NCBI GenBank assembly: GCA_026936335.1
Contig: JAPMXV010000029.1
Location: 372,001 to 436,000 of the forward strand
Direction of reading: 5' to 3'
Source of the DNA: Mantamonas sphyraenae STR306
Taxonomy: Eukaryota > Protista > CRuMs
DNA length: 64,000 nt
A program made the position numbers and the translations under genes. The notes under the pieces are model-generated. The model worked only from the letters and a program-made list of their open reading frames with translations, was not told the DNA's origin and did no database searches. Positions 34,282-44,204 of the stretch are shown here, in pieces; the first letter of the stretch is position 1; each line of letters opens with the position of its first letter.

Positions 34282-37200
34282 TCACCTGCGTTGCTTCTTG
34301 TGTGCGTTGCCTCCCTCTGCCCTACGTGTCGCATCTTCGTCTCCTTCGTACTGTTTGGCCTCTTCCACTTCTGCAACGGCCATGGCTAGGTGTGGGTACA
34401 GGCACGTGGATGCTGTTGGTAAAACTCCCGTGCCTCCTCGTGGCGAATGCTCCACGTGCCATCGTCCTGCTTCTGGAAGAAAGGAGATGCCCCGGTAGCA
34501 TTGAGAGATGCCATGAACGAGCGACGCGGGTCGGAGTTGTACGCTGTGTTGTTTGCGCGGCGCAGTTTGCTCCACAACTTTGTCACCACAGGAGCGATCT
34601 GGTCGGCGCTTGCAGCGCCACCGTACTGGTTGATGATCACCATGAGAAGGTTTTGCAACTGCGAGATGCTCGTGGGAGGCGTCAGGTCCACGTCCGAGCC
34701 GTCCGCGTTGACTTCCACGCCGTTGACCATCATTTTGCCGTTATCCTGCGAGTATACGTTGTCTGTGTCTTCCTCTGCACTCGGTAGGCTATACGTGTAC
34801 TCTACCATCACTGGCGTTGCGATCCGCCGCCTGGTTCTCCTCCTCGACAATGGAACGTCCTTCTTTGATTCGTCGTCGTCACTGTCGTCGTCGTCATTGT
34901 CGTCATTGTCGTCATTGTCGTCACCGTCTTCGTCGTCGTCTTTGTCCTCCTCCTCTTCATCCTCTTCATCCTCATTGTCCTTGTGATCCTCGTTCTCCTC
35001 ACGATCGGCATCATCGGTATCCTCTTGCTGCATTGAGTCCTCTACGCTTTCCTCAGGCTTGGCATTCGGGAGGATCACGTCCATGCTGTCATCGTCGTCA
35101 TCGTCGTCATTGCTGTCGTTTCCTTCGCGTTCGTCGTCGTTGTGGTTGTGTCCGCCCTGCTCGTCGCTGCGTTTCTTCTCGGTCTCGTCTCGCACAATTT
35201 CTGTCCCCATCAGCTGGTCGCTGACCTCTTTGTCCTCTTCGGTCATCTCTTCGCCGTCGTCGCCGATGGTGTCGAGATCAAAGGTTTTGGGGGTGGACAC
35301 AGGGGACATCATCGACTCGACAAACGACATGACCTCCTTGTTGATGGTCCAGACAGTGCCTCCATCCACGCTCACTTCCAAGAACAGGTCACTGTGGCCT
35401 GCCTTGCCCTTGAGGGTGTCCTGGATTGCCTTTGTGTAGTTTGTGGGCACACGCTCGGTGACACGCCTGCGGATCTGGCTCCAGTGCGGCGACAACACGT
35501 CGTAGATTTCGCCCAGGGACATCCGCCCGTCGTGGTCCTCAATTGTAAACACAAGGATCTTTTGCAAATCGGTGAGATCCAGCATGGCGTAGCGGGTCAT
35601 GTCTTCCTCGCTGGGCAGCTTCAGCTTCTTGGGTCGCAGTTCCAGGTCCAACAGAGTCATCTCGCCGTCGTCACCTCCGACACTTCCTCCCTTGCTCTTG
35701 TTCTTGCCAGCTGTCCCTTGCGCTTCTTGCCGCCCTTTCCTCCCTTCAATTTATCGCTGGGCGAGCCTGCGTCTTCGCCGTCGTCGTCAAAGTCGAGCAG
35801 TTCCTCCTCGGCCACAAGGTCTGCGTCCAGCTCAGCGTAGCGTGCCTCCATGACCTCGGGCGGCAGCAGACCTTCCATGAGCTCGTATGCGGCTTCACTG
35901 AGCTTCCAGTGGTTGTCCTTTGTCTCGACAAACATGCTGGGATTGTCCTGGTTGTCCAGCAGGTTGACAGAGAGCTGGGTTCGGTCGATGGCATTCAGGT
36001 TGGACTCACGCTTGCGTACGTTGCCCAGGAGTTTGATGACACTGCTGTAGATGTCGCTAAACGGGCTCTGGCCGCCTTGCTCGATGATGGTGCGCATCAA
36101 AATGGCCTGGATGTGTGTGAGCTGGCCCTGTCGTGCCACGTTGGTGGTTTTCGACGACGACGGCTTCACAGGCGCTGGCTTGGAGCGCAGGAATTCATCG
36201 ACAGGGTTTGCCGAGTCGTCCAGGGGCACGGCGGGCGCAAAGAGAGACGCCAGACTTGTTTCCTGTGCAATGCGCCAGGTGTCCTTGCGGTCGGGGTCGC
36301 GTTCAAAGATATTCTTGCCAAGGCTGGACATGATGGACTTTTTGCAGTCGCTGTTGTAGGAGGAGCCGTCGCGACGGCGCAGCTTGCTCCACTGGCGGTT
36401 GACAGCTTCGTAGATGCTCTCCATGGATGCGGAGCCCTCGTAGTGGAGGATGGTGTCCATGATGAGGAGTTGCATGTCGGTGTAGAGGCGCGAGAGGGCG
36501 GTCATTTCCAGGTGACGGGAAGCGACGCGTTTGCGGTCGAGCGGGCTCTGGGACTGCTGGGCTCGGTCTGGCTTGAGGTTGGCAAAGTCCGAGGGCCGAG
36601 TGAGCCACCAAAGGTCGTCGGCGTGGTGAAAGAGGGGATAGTACATGCCAGGGGTGAATTCGGGAGTGAACTCGTTGAGGGCGGCGGTCACGGTTTTGAT
36701 GCTTTCGTTGCTTGTGGGCGACTTGCGACGCCAGGCCTGGAAGTTCTTGACGAGCCAAGTGGTGAGATCAGTGATGGCAACGGGTCTGTTGAGCTCCCAC
36801 ATGGCCTGGATGAGCTGTTGCTGCAGCGCCGACAGGCCGTTGGGCACGAGTCCCAGGTCGGCCATAGGATGGCCTTGGAAGGCAGCCTGGTCGTCTTCGG
36901 GATAGTACAAGCTGTTGCTGTTGGCCTCCTCGGCACTGAGTTGGCCAAAGGCGTCGGAGGGCACGGGTGCAAACTGGGAAGCATCAGCGGCGGCTGCGGC
37001 TGCGGCGGCTGAAGACGAGGAGGACGAGTCGGACTGTGTGGCAGCAGTGATTTGGGACGTGTGTGGTGGGGGGGATTCGTGTGAGTGAGTGTGTGTGCGT
37101 GGGCATGGGCATGGGCAAAGTATGCATGGGTTAAGGAGTGGGTGGAGCGGTGGTGGGTGGCGACGTACATGTTTGCCTGCACGTGACTCCTTGGACGGAC

Positions 37201-38128
37201 GCCGGCGTCTGCCGGAGGAGGAGGAGCTGGAAGGGAATGGGGCGGTGGATGAGGTTGTGGTTGTGGAGGAGGATGCGGAGGAGACGGAGGCGTCGTCGTC
37301 GTTGTTGCGGCTGTTCTTGCGGTTTGTGTTTGCGCGGCGGTTGACGGGCGGCTTTCGCGCGCCAGTCCGCGAGCCACGGCCGTTGACCGGTGAGCGGCTG
37401 CGTGCATTGGTGCGAGCAGTGCCCCTGGAAGAGGATTGCTGGTAGGCGGCATCTAGGGGCGGTGGGAGGAGGTGGCGGGTGAGCAAGGGGCAGGAAAAGG
37501 CAAGCGCGCGGATCCCGAAAAAGAAAGGGCGTCGGGGCGTGTGACACGCAGGGGAGCGTTTTTGCGCACATGCACGGCAGTGAGGGGGAGACGCAGAGGT
37601 TGGTGGGAGACGGGATGCTGGGGATGGCTTGGAGGGATTGGCAAGGGGCCGGGGACTGAGGATATGGGACGTACAGGCGGCTGCGTCGTCGTCGAGTTCC
37701 GGGGGCGGAGTGGCGAGCATGCCGGCGAAGCGCTCCTCTTGCTTCTTGTCGGACATGGCAAGGCCGGCGGGAATCCAGAACGGGAGGGGAACGTCAACAA
37801 GGACGTCGATGGCGGCATCACCGACGATCTGATTGACCGGGTAGCGGGAGTGGTCGTGAAGTGTCTGGGCGTGAATGCGATCGAGGGTTTCCTGGTCGAC
37901 CTCGTCGTCGCTCATGTCGTCGACGGACATGTGACGGTGGGAGCGCTCACGTGTGCTGCGAGTGTGGCTGCGGTGATGGCCATGCTCGTCTGCATCCTGG
38001 CCAGTCTTGGCCACGACCTTGTACAGCTTGCTCTCCATGCTAAGCGAGGGCAACATGCCCTGGATAACCATCACCTCGACGTCGTGTTCGCTGGTGTGCG
38101 AACGCACAGGGTTTCTTTTGTGACGCAT
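34282..38128 (-). CDS. Putative nuclear protein with five winged-helix-like repeats; two introns and frameshifts at ~35716 and probably ~34410
   Basis: Five ~75-aa repeats of the form L(T/S)xxQxxL...G...I...W.xLRR...L...F...W.I. In-frame GT-AG introns at ~37675..37453 and ~37168..37034. The C-terminus is probably ...HKKQRR* at 34282. Confidence 0.7.
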
Positions 38129-38322
38129 TTTGGGTGGCGGGTGTGGGAGCAGCGGAAGTTTGGTTGGGCTGGACGAGGAGTCAGCGCCATCGCACGCAGC
38201 TCAATCTCATTTCCTCGTTCTCCAACGCGACGTTTTGGTATCGCCAGCGTGCACTCTGCGACTTGCATTGGCACGGAACGAAACACAGATTGGCGCAACG
38301 GAGGCAGGCATTTTCGGGGAAG

Positions 38323-39771
38323 ATGAGTCGACGGGTAGCAGCCGTGGCGGTGGTGCTGGTGGTCCTAGGATGTGTGGTGGGGCTTGCAGCAGGCAAGATG
38401 CCTGACATGGGGCATCGTATGGGCAGGAGCCAGGGCGAACGCACAGTGCTGGAAGGCTTTCTATGGACAAACGGACGGTCGGTAAAGGTGGGGCGAGTTG
38501 TAGCCCAGAAGTACGGCCAAGCGTTTGCAGACGCGGTGATGGGTGCAGCAGCGCGCCATGCGCTGGCACCGGAAATTATTATTGGAATGGTGGAATACCG
38601 ATACGAGGGCGGTGTAGATAGACTGGTGGACGCGCAGGAGTGGGCGGCAGTGGAGCGGACGGCAGCTGGATTGGCCGGAACGTTCTATGCAAAGCTGGAC
38701 GCGCTGAGCGACAAGAGGAGGCATGTACGATGGGAACACGTGGAGTCTGCAGTGCGTGTGGCTGTATACGGAGCCCTGGACAGCTGGAAAAGGGTGGATA
38801 GCGAAATGGAGGCTGAGGGCAATTCCTGGCTGGACAAGTTGGCCCAGTGGTGGAGCAAAGGGGCGGCGGGGCAAGTGGAGGCAATGGGACAGTGGGACGA
38901 TAGGGTCAGCGACAGTGAGCCACAGGCACATACGTTGCCTCTGGACGCCGGGATGGCACAGAGTGGAGGGCGAGCTGGGAAGCTGCTGGAAACCTTGTCG
39001 GAGGTCTACGCAGGTATCGAGCGAGAGATGACAAGGAGCAACGGAAGTGTGCCGGTGAACAGCGGCGGGCAACCGGTGTCGCCCGGGATCTCGATTCGGC
39101 TGAACGACACGTTCTTCCAGTTCCCGTTTGCGGTGAATCGGGTGTGGACGTGGTTCGGCGTGCACGACGCGGTTTACAACAGCAGGACGCACGACATGAG
39201 CGCCATCGACTTTAGCCCCGTGCCGACGCTAAAGTGGGGTGGAGACACAAAGGGCAAATGGGTGGTGGCTGCAGCGCCGGGCACAGTGCGCAAAGTGTCG
39301 CACTGTGCGTTTGTGCTGGAACACGCGTCGGGCTGGTCGACCTATTACTACCACGTGGACGAAATCCAACACGAGGGAGAGTTTGTGGATCGCGACGAAA
39401 AGCTGGCGATTCTGGCGAATGAGGAGAAGAAGGCAGTGTGCAACGGGGGTTTTGCGACCGCGCCGCATCTGCACTGGGTGGTCCGGCACTACGGCGTCAA
39501 CCAGCGCCTGGACGGGATCCTGCTTTCCAAGTGGACAGTGCACGCGGACAATGAGCCGTACGACACGGATTGCACAAAGGCGTACATGGACTCGAAGTAC
39601 TGCCGATACAAGGTGTGCGTGTCGGACCCGATCCTGAACACGGGCATCACCAACGTGACCAACAACTGCATAGCCAGCAGCGGTATACGGGATGCCGAGG
39701 TTAGAGGAGTGTGGTGGGCGATGGGTGTGGGGATGGCGACTGCGCTGGTGGTGGCAGGGAATCTTTGGTGA
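38323..39771 (+). CDS. lasA: LasA/staphylolysin-like M23A zinc metallopeptidase with signal peptide, propeptide and GPI-like tail
   Basis: Signal peptide MSRRVAAVAVVLVVLGCVVGLAAG. Catalytic domain GVH...AIDF, VVAAAPGTV, HASGWSTYYYH, CNGGFATAPHLH and YDTDC. Hydrophobic C-terminus. Intronless. Confidence 0.9.
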   Translation: MSRRVAAVAVVLVVLGCVVGLAAGKMPDMGHRMGRSQGERTVLEGFLWTNGRSVKVGRVVAQKYGQAFADAVMGAAARHALAPEIIIGMVEYRYEGGVDRLVDAQEWAAVERTAAGLAGTFYAKLDALSDKRRHVRWEHVESAVRVAVYGALDSWKRVDSEMEAEGNSWLDKLAQWWSKGAAGQVEAMGQWDDRVSDSEPQAHTLPLDAGMAQSGGRAGKLLETLSEVYAGIEREMTRSNGSVPVNSGGQPVSPGISIRLNDTFFQFPFAVNRVWTWFGVHDAVYNSRTHDMSAIDFSPVPTLKWGGDTKGKWVVAAAPGTVRKVSHCAFVLEHASGWSTYYYHVDEIQHEGEFVDRDEKLAILANEEKKAVCNGGFATAPHLHWVVRHYGVNQRLDGILLSKWTVHADNEPYDTDCTKAYMDSKYCRYKVCVSDPILNTGITNVTNNCIASSGIRDAEVRGVWWAMGVGMATALVVAGNLW

Positions 39772-39785
39772 GACCGAAACAGAGA

Positions 39786-40721
39786 ATGCACACGGCATGG
39801 CAGCGATTCAATGCTCTGGCGTCATATGCACTGTTTACGCTGATTGCTGCTGGGTTTGTTGTGTACGTGCACGTGCACTACGTGCAGGGGCACCCGACGC
39901 TTGACGCGCGTGTGGCTGTGAACGCCACGGATATGCTGTAGGTGTGGAAAGGAATGTGGGAGGCGCACTGGAGTGTGGCAGCAACAGGCAACTAACCTCG
40001 TGGAGGGGGCATCTGTTGCAGCATCAAATCGAGGTCGCGTTTTGGTCGAGAATACGACTCGGCGTACCTGAGCCTGGACATCGAGGCTGATATCCTTTCA
40101 TCTTGCGAGCATACGTGAAGGAAGAGAGAAGAGGGGGCAGGGAGACTATTTGTGCATGCGGACTGCATGGAAAGCGGATGGAAGAGAGGGAGAGGGAGGA
40201 AGGCATGGTGTGAGGTTGTTGGCTTTGACTCAAAGCGCACATTTGAGGCCTGCTTGGACGTGGAACACGCGGCAGTTGTTTGTGTACGTCCTGGCACACT
40301 ACGAGAGCACACAGATGGTAAGGAGGTGCACGGGGGAATGGGGTGAGAGGTGGTGTGTGAGCGTGGGGAGGGAGCCAAGCGGTTGGTGTGCAAGAGGTGT
40401 CCGCTGACGTCAGCGGGTTTGTGGGTGTTTCGTCGGGGATGTCGTGGCTGCTGCGTGCAGAAGGAAAACAAAGTGGTGGTGTGGAACAAGATCATCACAA
40501 GGGGCAATCGGGAGGAGGCCAACCTGGCTTTGTATGGGGAGAAGGCGTCGTTCCCGCTGTACGACTTTGGCACGGGCCTGAGGAGCACGGAGCTGCGCTT
40601 GTCGTTGCACTACGACGTGTGTCCTGAGGTGGGCCTGTTGCATGTGTTTTCTCAGGGTGGACTGAGCGATCCGCACATGCTCCCAGACAAGTACACGCAC
40701 GTGTTCAAAGGAGGACAATGA
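39786..40721 (+). CDS. SPCS3: Signal peptidase complex subunit 3 (SPC22/23), 4 exons, 185 aa
   Basis: Exons 39786-39937, 40022-40089, 40241-40317 and 40461-40721 give MHTAWQRFNAL...LDIEADLRPAWTWNTRQLFVYVLAHY...NKVVVWNKII...YDVCPEVGLL. Confidence 0.9.
40090..40240 (+). other. U12-type (minor spliceosome) AT-AC intron in SPCS3
   Basis: 5' end ATATCCTTT, branch-like GGCTTTGAC with its A 12 nt before the end, 3' end CGCAC. Removing it restores the conserved ADL...WNxxQLFxY. Confidence 0.9.
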
Positions 40722-40801
40722 ACAGAGTCGATTTCATTGTGCAAGGGTGCATGGCACAGAAGTTGGACAGGATGTTCGAGCAGGCACCCGTGAGACCACC
40801 C

Positions 40802-42181
40802 TTACGGGTCGTGGTCGCTTTGGAAGGTCTTGCTGCCGTTGATAAAGGCGTCCCAGGTTTCGCTGTCCAAGAAGACGTTGCCGAGCTGGATGTGCGGAAA
40901 GCGTTGCATAAACACGGCACGGCCCTGCGGCGAGAGGTCGCAGTGGATAGTTTTCAGGTGCGTGCAGGCGCGAGCGATGGCAAGGAGGCCGGCATCGGAC
41001 ATGTCTGGGCAGCGGTTGAAGCGGAGATCGCGTAGGCGAGGTGCACAGTGATGTGCAAGGGCATACAGTGTCGCATCGCTTAGTTTCTTACAGCCTGTGA
41101 GGACCAGGGCCTGGAGGTGGGGGCTGGTGCGTGCTACTGTGGACAGGCTATCGTCGGTGAGCTGTTTGAGGCCATTGAGCTTGAGCATGCGGAGTTGATT
41201 GGTGGCACGTGTGCCGTCACCTGTGGCAATGGCTGTGATACCCTCGTCGGTGACGTGTGTGCACACTTCGAGGCTGAGGGAGCGCAGATTGTGAAGTTCG
41301 CGTCCGAGGACGGCCAGGGCCACGTCATCGATGCCACTGCCGAACTTGAAGATGATATGTTGGAGATTGGGTGCCCCTGTGCAGATGGCCTGCATCCCAT
41401 CTGCCGTTAGCTTCTCGCAGAAGGAGAGATCGAGGACTTGCAGGGCGGGTGTGTGCGTGGCTTCTTCGGCCTGCTTGGACGATGTGGAGTGTGACGTGTT
41501 GTTTGGCCCCCATTCGTCGTCATTGTCGTCGTCGTGGGAGTGCATGCGCTGTTGGATGCGTTGCTGCACAAGCTCGTCCAATTCGGCTTCGGACAGCTCC
41601 GCTCCGACGGTGGTGACGAGTCCGGCGTTGATGGCATAGCCGGCCTTGCGACGTGCATCCTCGCTGTGGCCTGCCTCATCGAGGCTGTCTTCGTCTTCTC
41701 CGTCGTCTTGGGCGTCGTTGTTGGACGCGGACCATTGGGATTCGGTGTGCACCTGTTGGGCGAGGCCGGCAAAGAGTGCTCGAGCATCGTCGTCGGAAAA
41801 GTGCTCGAGGCCGTTCAGGGAGAGCGAGCGCAGAGTGTCTGCATACAAGTTCGCCCCGAGGGTGCGAAAGCCGTCGTTGGTGACGTCGGTACACAGGTTG
41901 AGAAGGAGGTGCTGTGTGTAGTGCAGGCGGGAAGCGATGGCTTCCGCGAACCGGTCGTCCACGTGCACGCCCAGCTTCTTGAGGCGTCCAAAGTGCACCT
42001 GGAGATGGAAGCCCGAGTCATAACTTACGCGCTGGAAGAGTCGGCACACACGAGCTGCCGACGCACGCTCAAACACATCCAGCAGGGAGAAGATTTTGAA
42101 CACAATCTCGTAGGGCAGGTCGTAGAAGCCCAGTTCGTCGGCGTCGTCCTCGAGAAACTCGGAAATGTCGATGTGTTCCAT
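40802..42181 (-). CDS. F-box/LRR-repeat protein (FBXL-like)
   Basis: F-box LPYEIVFKIFSLL...ARVCRLF, followed by cysteine-containing LRRs (LDLSFCEKLT, LSLEVCTHVTD, LVLTGCKKLSD). Confidence 0.9.
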   Translation of the reverse strand: MEHIDISEFLEDDADELGFYDLPYEIVFKIFSLLDVFERASAARVCRLFQRVSYDSGFHLQVHFGRLKKLGVHVDDRFAEAIASRLHYTQHLLLNLCTDVTNDGFRTLGANLYADTLRSLSLNGLEHFSDDDARALFAGLAQQVHTESQWSASNNDAQDDGEDEDSLDEAGHSEDARRKAGYAINAGLVTTVGAELSEAELDELVQQRIQQRMHSHDDDNDDEWGPNNTSHSTSSKQAEEATHTPALQVLDLSFCEKLTADGMQAICTGAPNLQHIIFKFGSGIDDVALAVLGRELHNLRSLSLEVCTHVTDEGITAIATGDGTRATNQLRMLKLNGLKQLTDDSLSTVARTSPHLQALVLTGCKKLSDATLYALAHHCAPRLRDLRFNRCPDMSDAGLLAIARACTHLKTIHCDLSPQGRAVFMQRFPHIQLGNVFLDSETWDAFINGSKTFQSDHDP

Positions 42182-42262
42182 GTCGACGGTCGACGGTGGA
42201 GGGAGAAGAAAGACGGGCGTGTGGAGGTGGGTCGGGTGGCGCAAGCGGCGACAACGGTGACC

Positions 42263-43069
42263 ATGTCGAGCAGCAGCGGGACAGGCGCCGGAGCTGTACA
42301 GATCACCAACGAGGTGTATCTGTGTTGCCTGACGCATGCATTGACGACAGAGCGGGAGGAGATCATGGGTCTACTGCTTGGAGACGTGCTGGAAGACGAA
42401 GTGTACGGGAGTGTTGTTACAGTGTGGGGCCTGTGTGTGTTGACGCGATCGGACAGGCAGACGGACAGGGTTGAAATCGACGCGGAGCAGCTGGAGCAGG
42501 CGTACGAACAGGCAGAGGCCATGACAAAAGCCGGCGGGGGGGTGCAAACACGCGTGGTAGGCTGGTACCACAGCCATCCACACATCACCGTGGGACCCAG
42601 CCACGTCGACGTCATGACACAGGCTGCATACCAGACCATGGACAGCAACTTTGTGGGGCTTATCTTTTCCGTGTTCTTTGAGGACCAGCAGAGCCACCAT
42701 GGCCGTATCCAGCTGACGGCGTTCCAGAGCTGCGCGAACGCGTCGGGCACTGCGTACGAGGAGGCCAAGGTGCCGTTGTTTGTGACTCGGACGCACTTTC
42801 TGCCCCAATACAAGGGCTTGCAACAGCTGGTGAACTTGCAGAGCACCATGCACGACGAGGAGAAGGATTCATACGAGAAAGCGCAACGCTCGAGCAAGTC
42901 ACCCATTGTTTCCCTGCACAGTGCAGCGGTGTACACAAAGTCACTCTGCGGGATCATGGAGCACTCGAGCACGCCGTTACTGCAGACAATGGACGACATC
43001 TGTGCGCGGTTGGCCAAGCGCAAGGAGGAGTTGGAAGCCGAGCTGGCAGGGTTGGAAGGAGGAAATTGA
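42263..43069 (+). CDS. BRCC3: BRCC36 Lys63-specific JAMM deubiquitinase
   Basis: Motifs CLTHALTTEREEIMGLLLG, DRVEI and VVGWYHSHPHITVGPSHVDV. Confidence 0.95.
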   Translation: MSSSSGTGAGAVQITNEVYLCCLTHALTTEREEIMGLLLGDVLEDEVYGSVVTVWGLCVLTRSDRQTDRVEIDAEQLEQAYEQAEAMTKAGGGVQTRVVGWYHSHPHITVGPSHVDVMTQAAYQTMDSNFVGLIFSVFFEDQQSHHGRIQLTAFQSCANASGTAYEEAKVPLFVTRTHFLPQYKGLQQLVNLQSTMHDEEKDSYEKAQRSSKSPIVSLHSAAVYTKSLCGIMEHSSTPLLQTMDDICARLAKRKEELEAELAGLEGGN

Positions 43070-43142
43070 ACACTTTTTTGGCAACGAATGGGCCCCCGTG
43101 CATTCATCGCCGCTTGTTGTGAAATGTGTGTGCGTGTGCCCC

Positions 43143-44150
43143 TCACGCCACGTAGTCAAAGTCCTCGGGGACGGAGAAAAACTTGTCAAAGTCCTTTGCC
43201 GGGACCATGAGCTTCTTGACGCAATAGGAGCGGATGTTGAAGATGTTGTCTGTCCAGCGGTTGGTGGCTTCCTTGCCCATGGCAATGGCTTGCTTCAGCT
43301 TGTCGACGACCTCCGGGTCAAGCGCTTCGGTTGCCTTTGCTTCCTCACGCAGTTGTGTGTTTTCTTCGCGCAATTCGTTCAGGCGCTGGCGTTTGCGTTC
43401 GCGTTCCTCTCCATCTGTGATTAGTTCGGAGCGAGACTCGTTGGCCTGGTTGATTCGATCGATGCTGCTCTGCAACTTGCTGTGTTCGTCTTCAAGGTTG
43501 CTCAGTTTGCGCTTGCGCACGTCTGCCGCCTCACTGGGGAATGCCCAGAAGTAGTTGCTGGATCCAATTTTGTCGTAGGAGATCAACTCGTCGTCCACTA
43601 GGCTTTGCACAACCTCTTTGACGCTCTGGGACACTGCGGGTGGGTGAGTGATCACGCTGCTTTCGGCGCGAAAGTTGCGGCACCTGCGTCCTGAAACACA
43701 TGCTCATCCTCGGTGCACCCCTTGTGCCCTCCACCTACCAATGCCTTTGTACTTGGGAAGCCTCTTTTCCAGATCGCGCAGCTGGAAGGGCTCGACCTGT
43801 GCAGATTTTTGTGAGAGTGGAAAGGTGAGCGATTTCCACCCGGGTTGTCGGGAACTCTTTGGGTGGTTGCTCTCTGCGCGCCACACATGCACACCCAACG
43901 CACGGCAAAGTTCTCTGTGGCCGTGCGTATCCAAACCCCTTCTGTTCTGCCCACTTACATGCTCCATGAGGTATTCCACCGTGCGCTTGCGCTTCTCTTC
44001 GTAAGACACTCCCTTGCGTCGGCTCTGTGCGCTCGGAATCCTGCTGTCAGCGTCTTTGCGGAGTCCACACCACCCACGCATGCATCGCAATGAGGCATTG
44101 CGTACCGCGTACACACGTCTGGTCTGCGCACTGCATTTCAAACTCACCAT
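43143..44150 (-). CDS. MND1: Meiotic nuclear division protein 1, 4 exons
   Basis: M|SRRKGVSYEEKRKR...|...LRDLEK...KGI|VSQSVKEVVQSLVDD...KIGSSNYFWAFPS...NRWTDNIF. GT-AG introns. Confidence 0.95.
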
Positions 44151-44204
44151 GGTTGCTTCGGTTGGGTGCTGTGTCGCGCCAACCCCCCGCAGCCACAACT
44201 GAAA

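Noticed and set aside
41534-42262. Apparent 243-aa N-terminal extension of BRCC36
   Set aside because: It lies antisense to the F-box gene, and BRCC36 homology begins only after the ATG at 42263.
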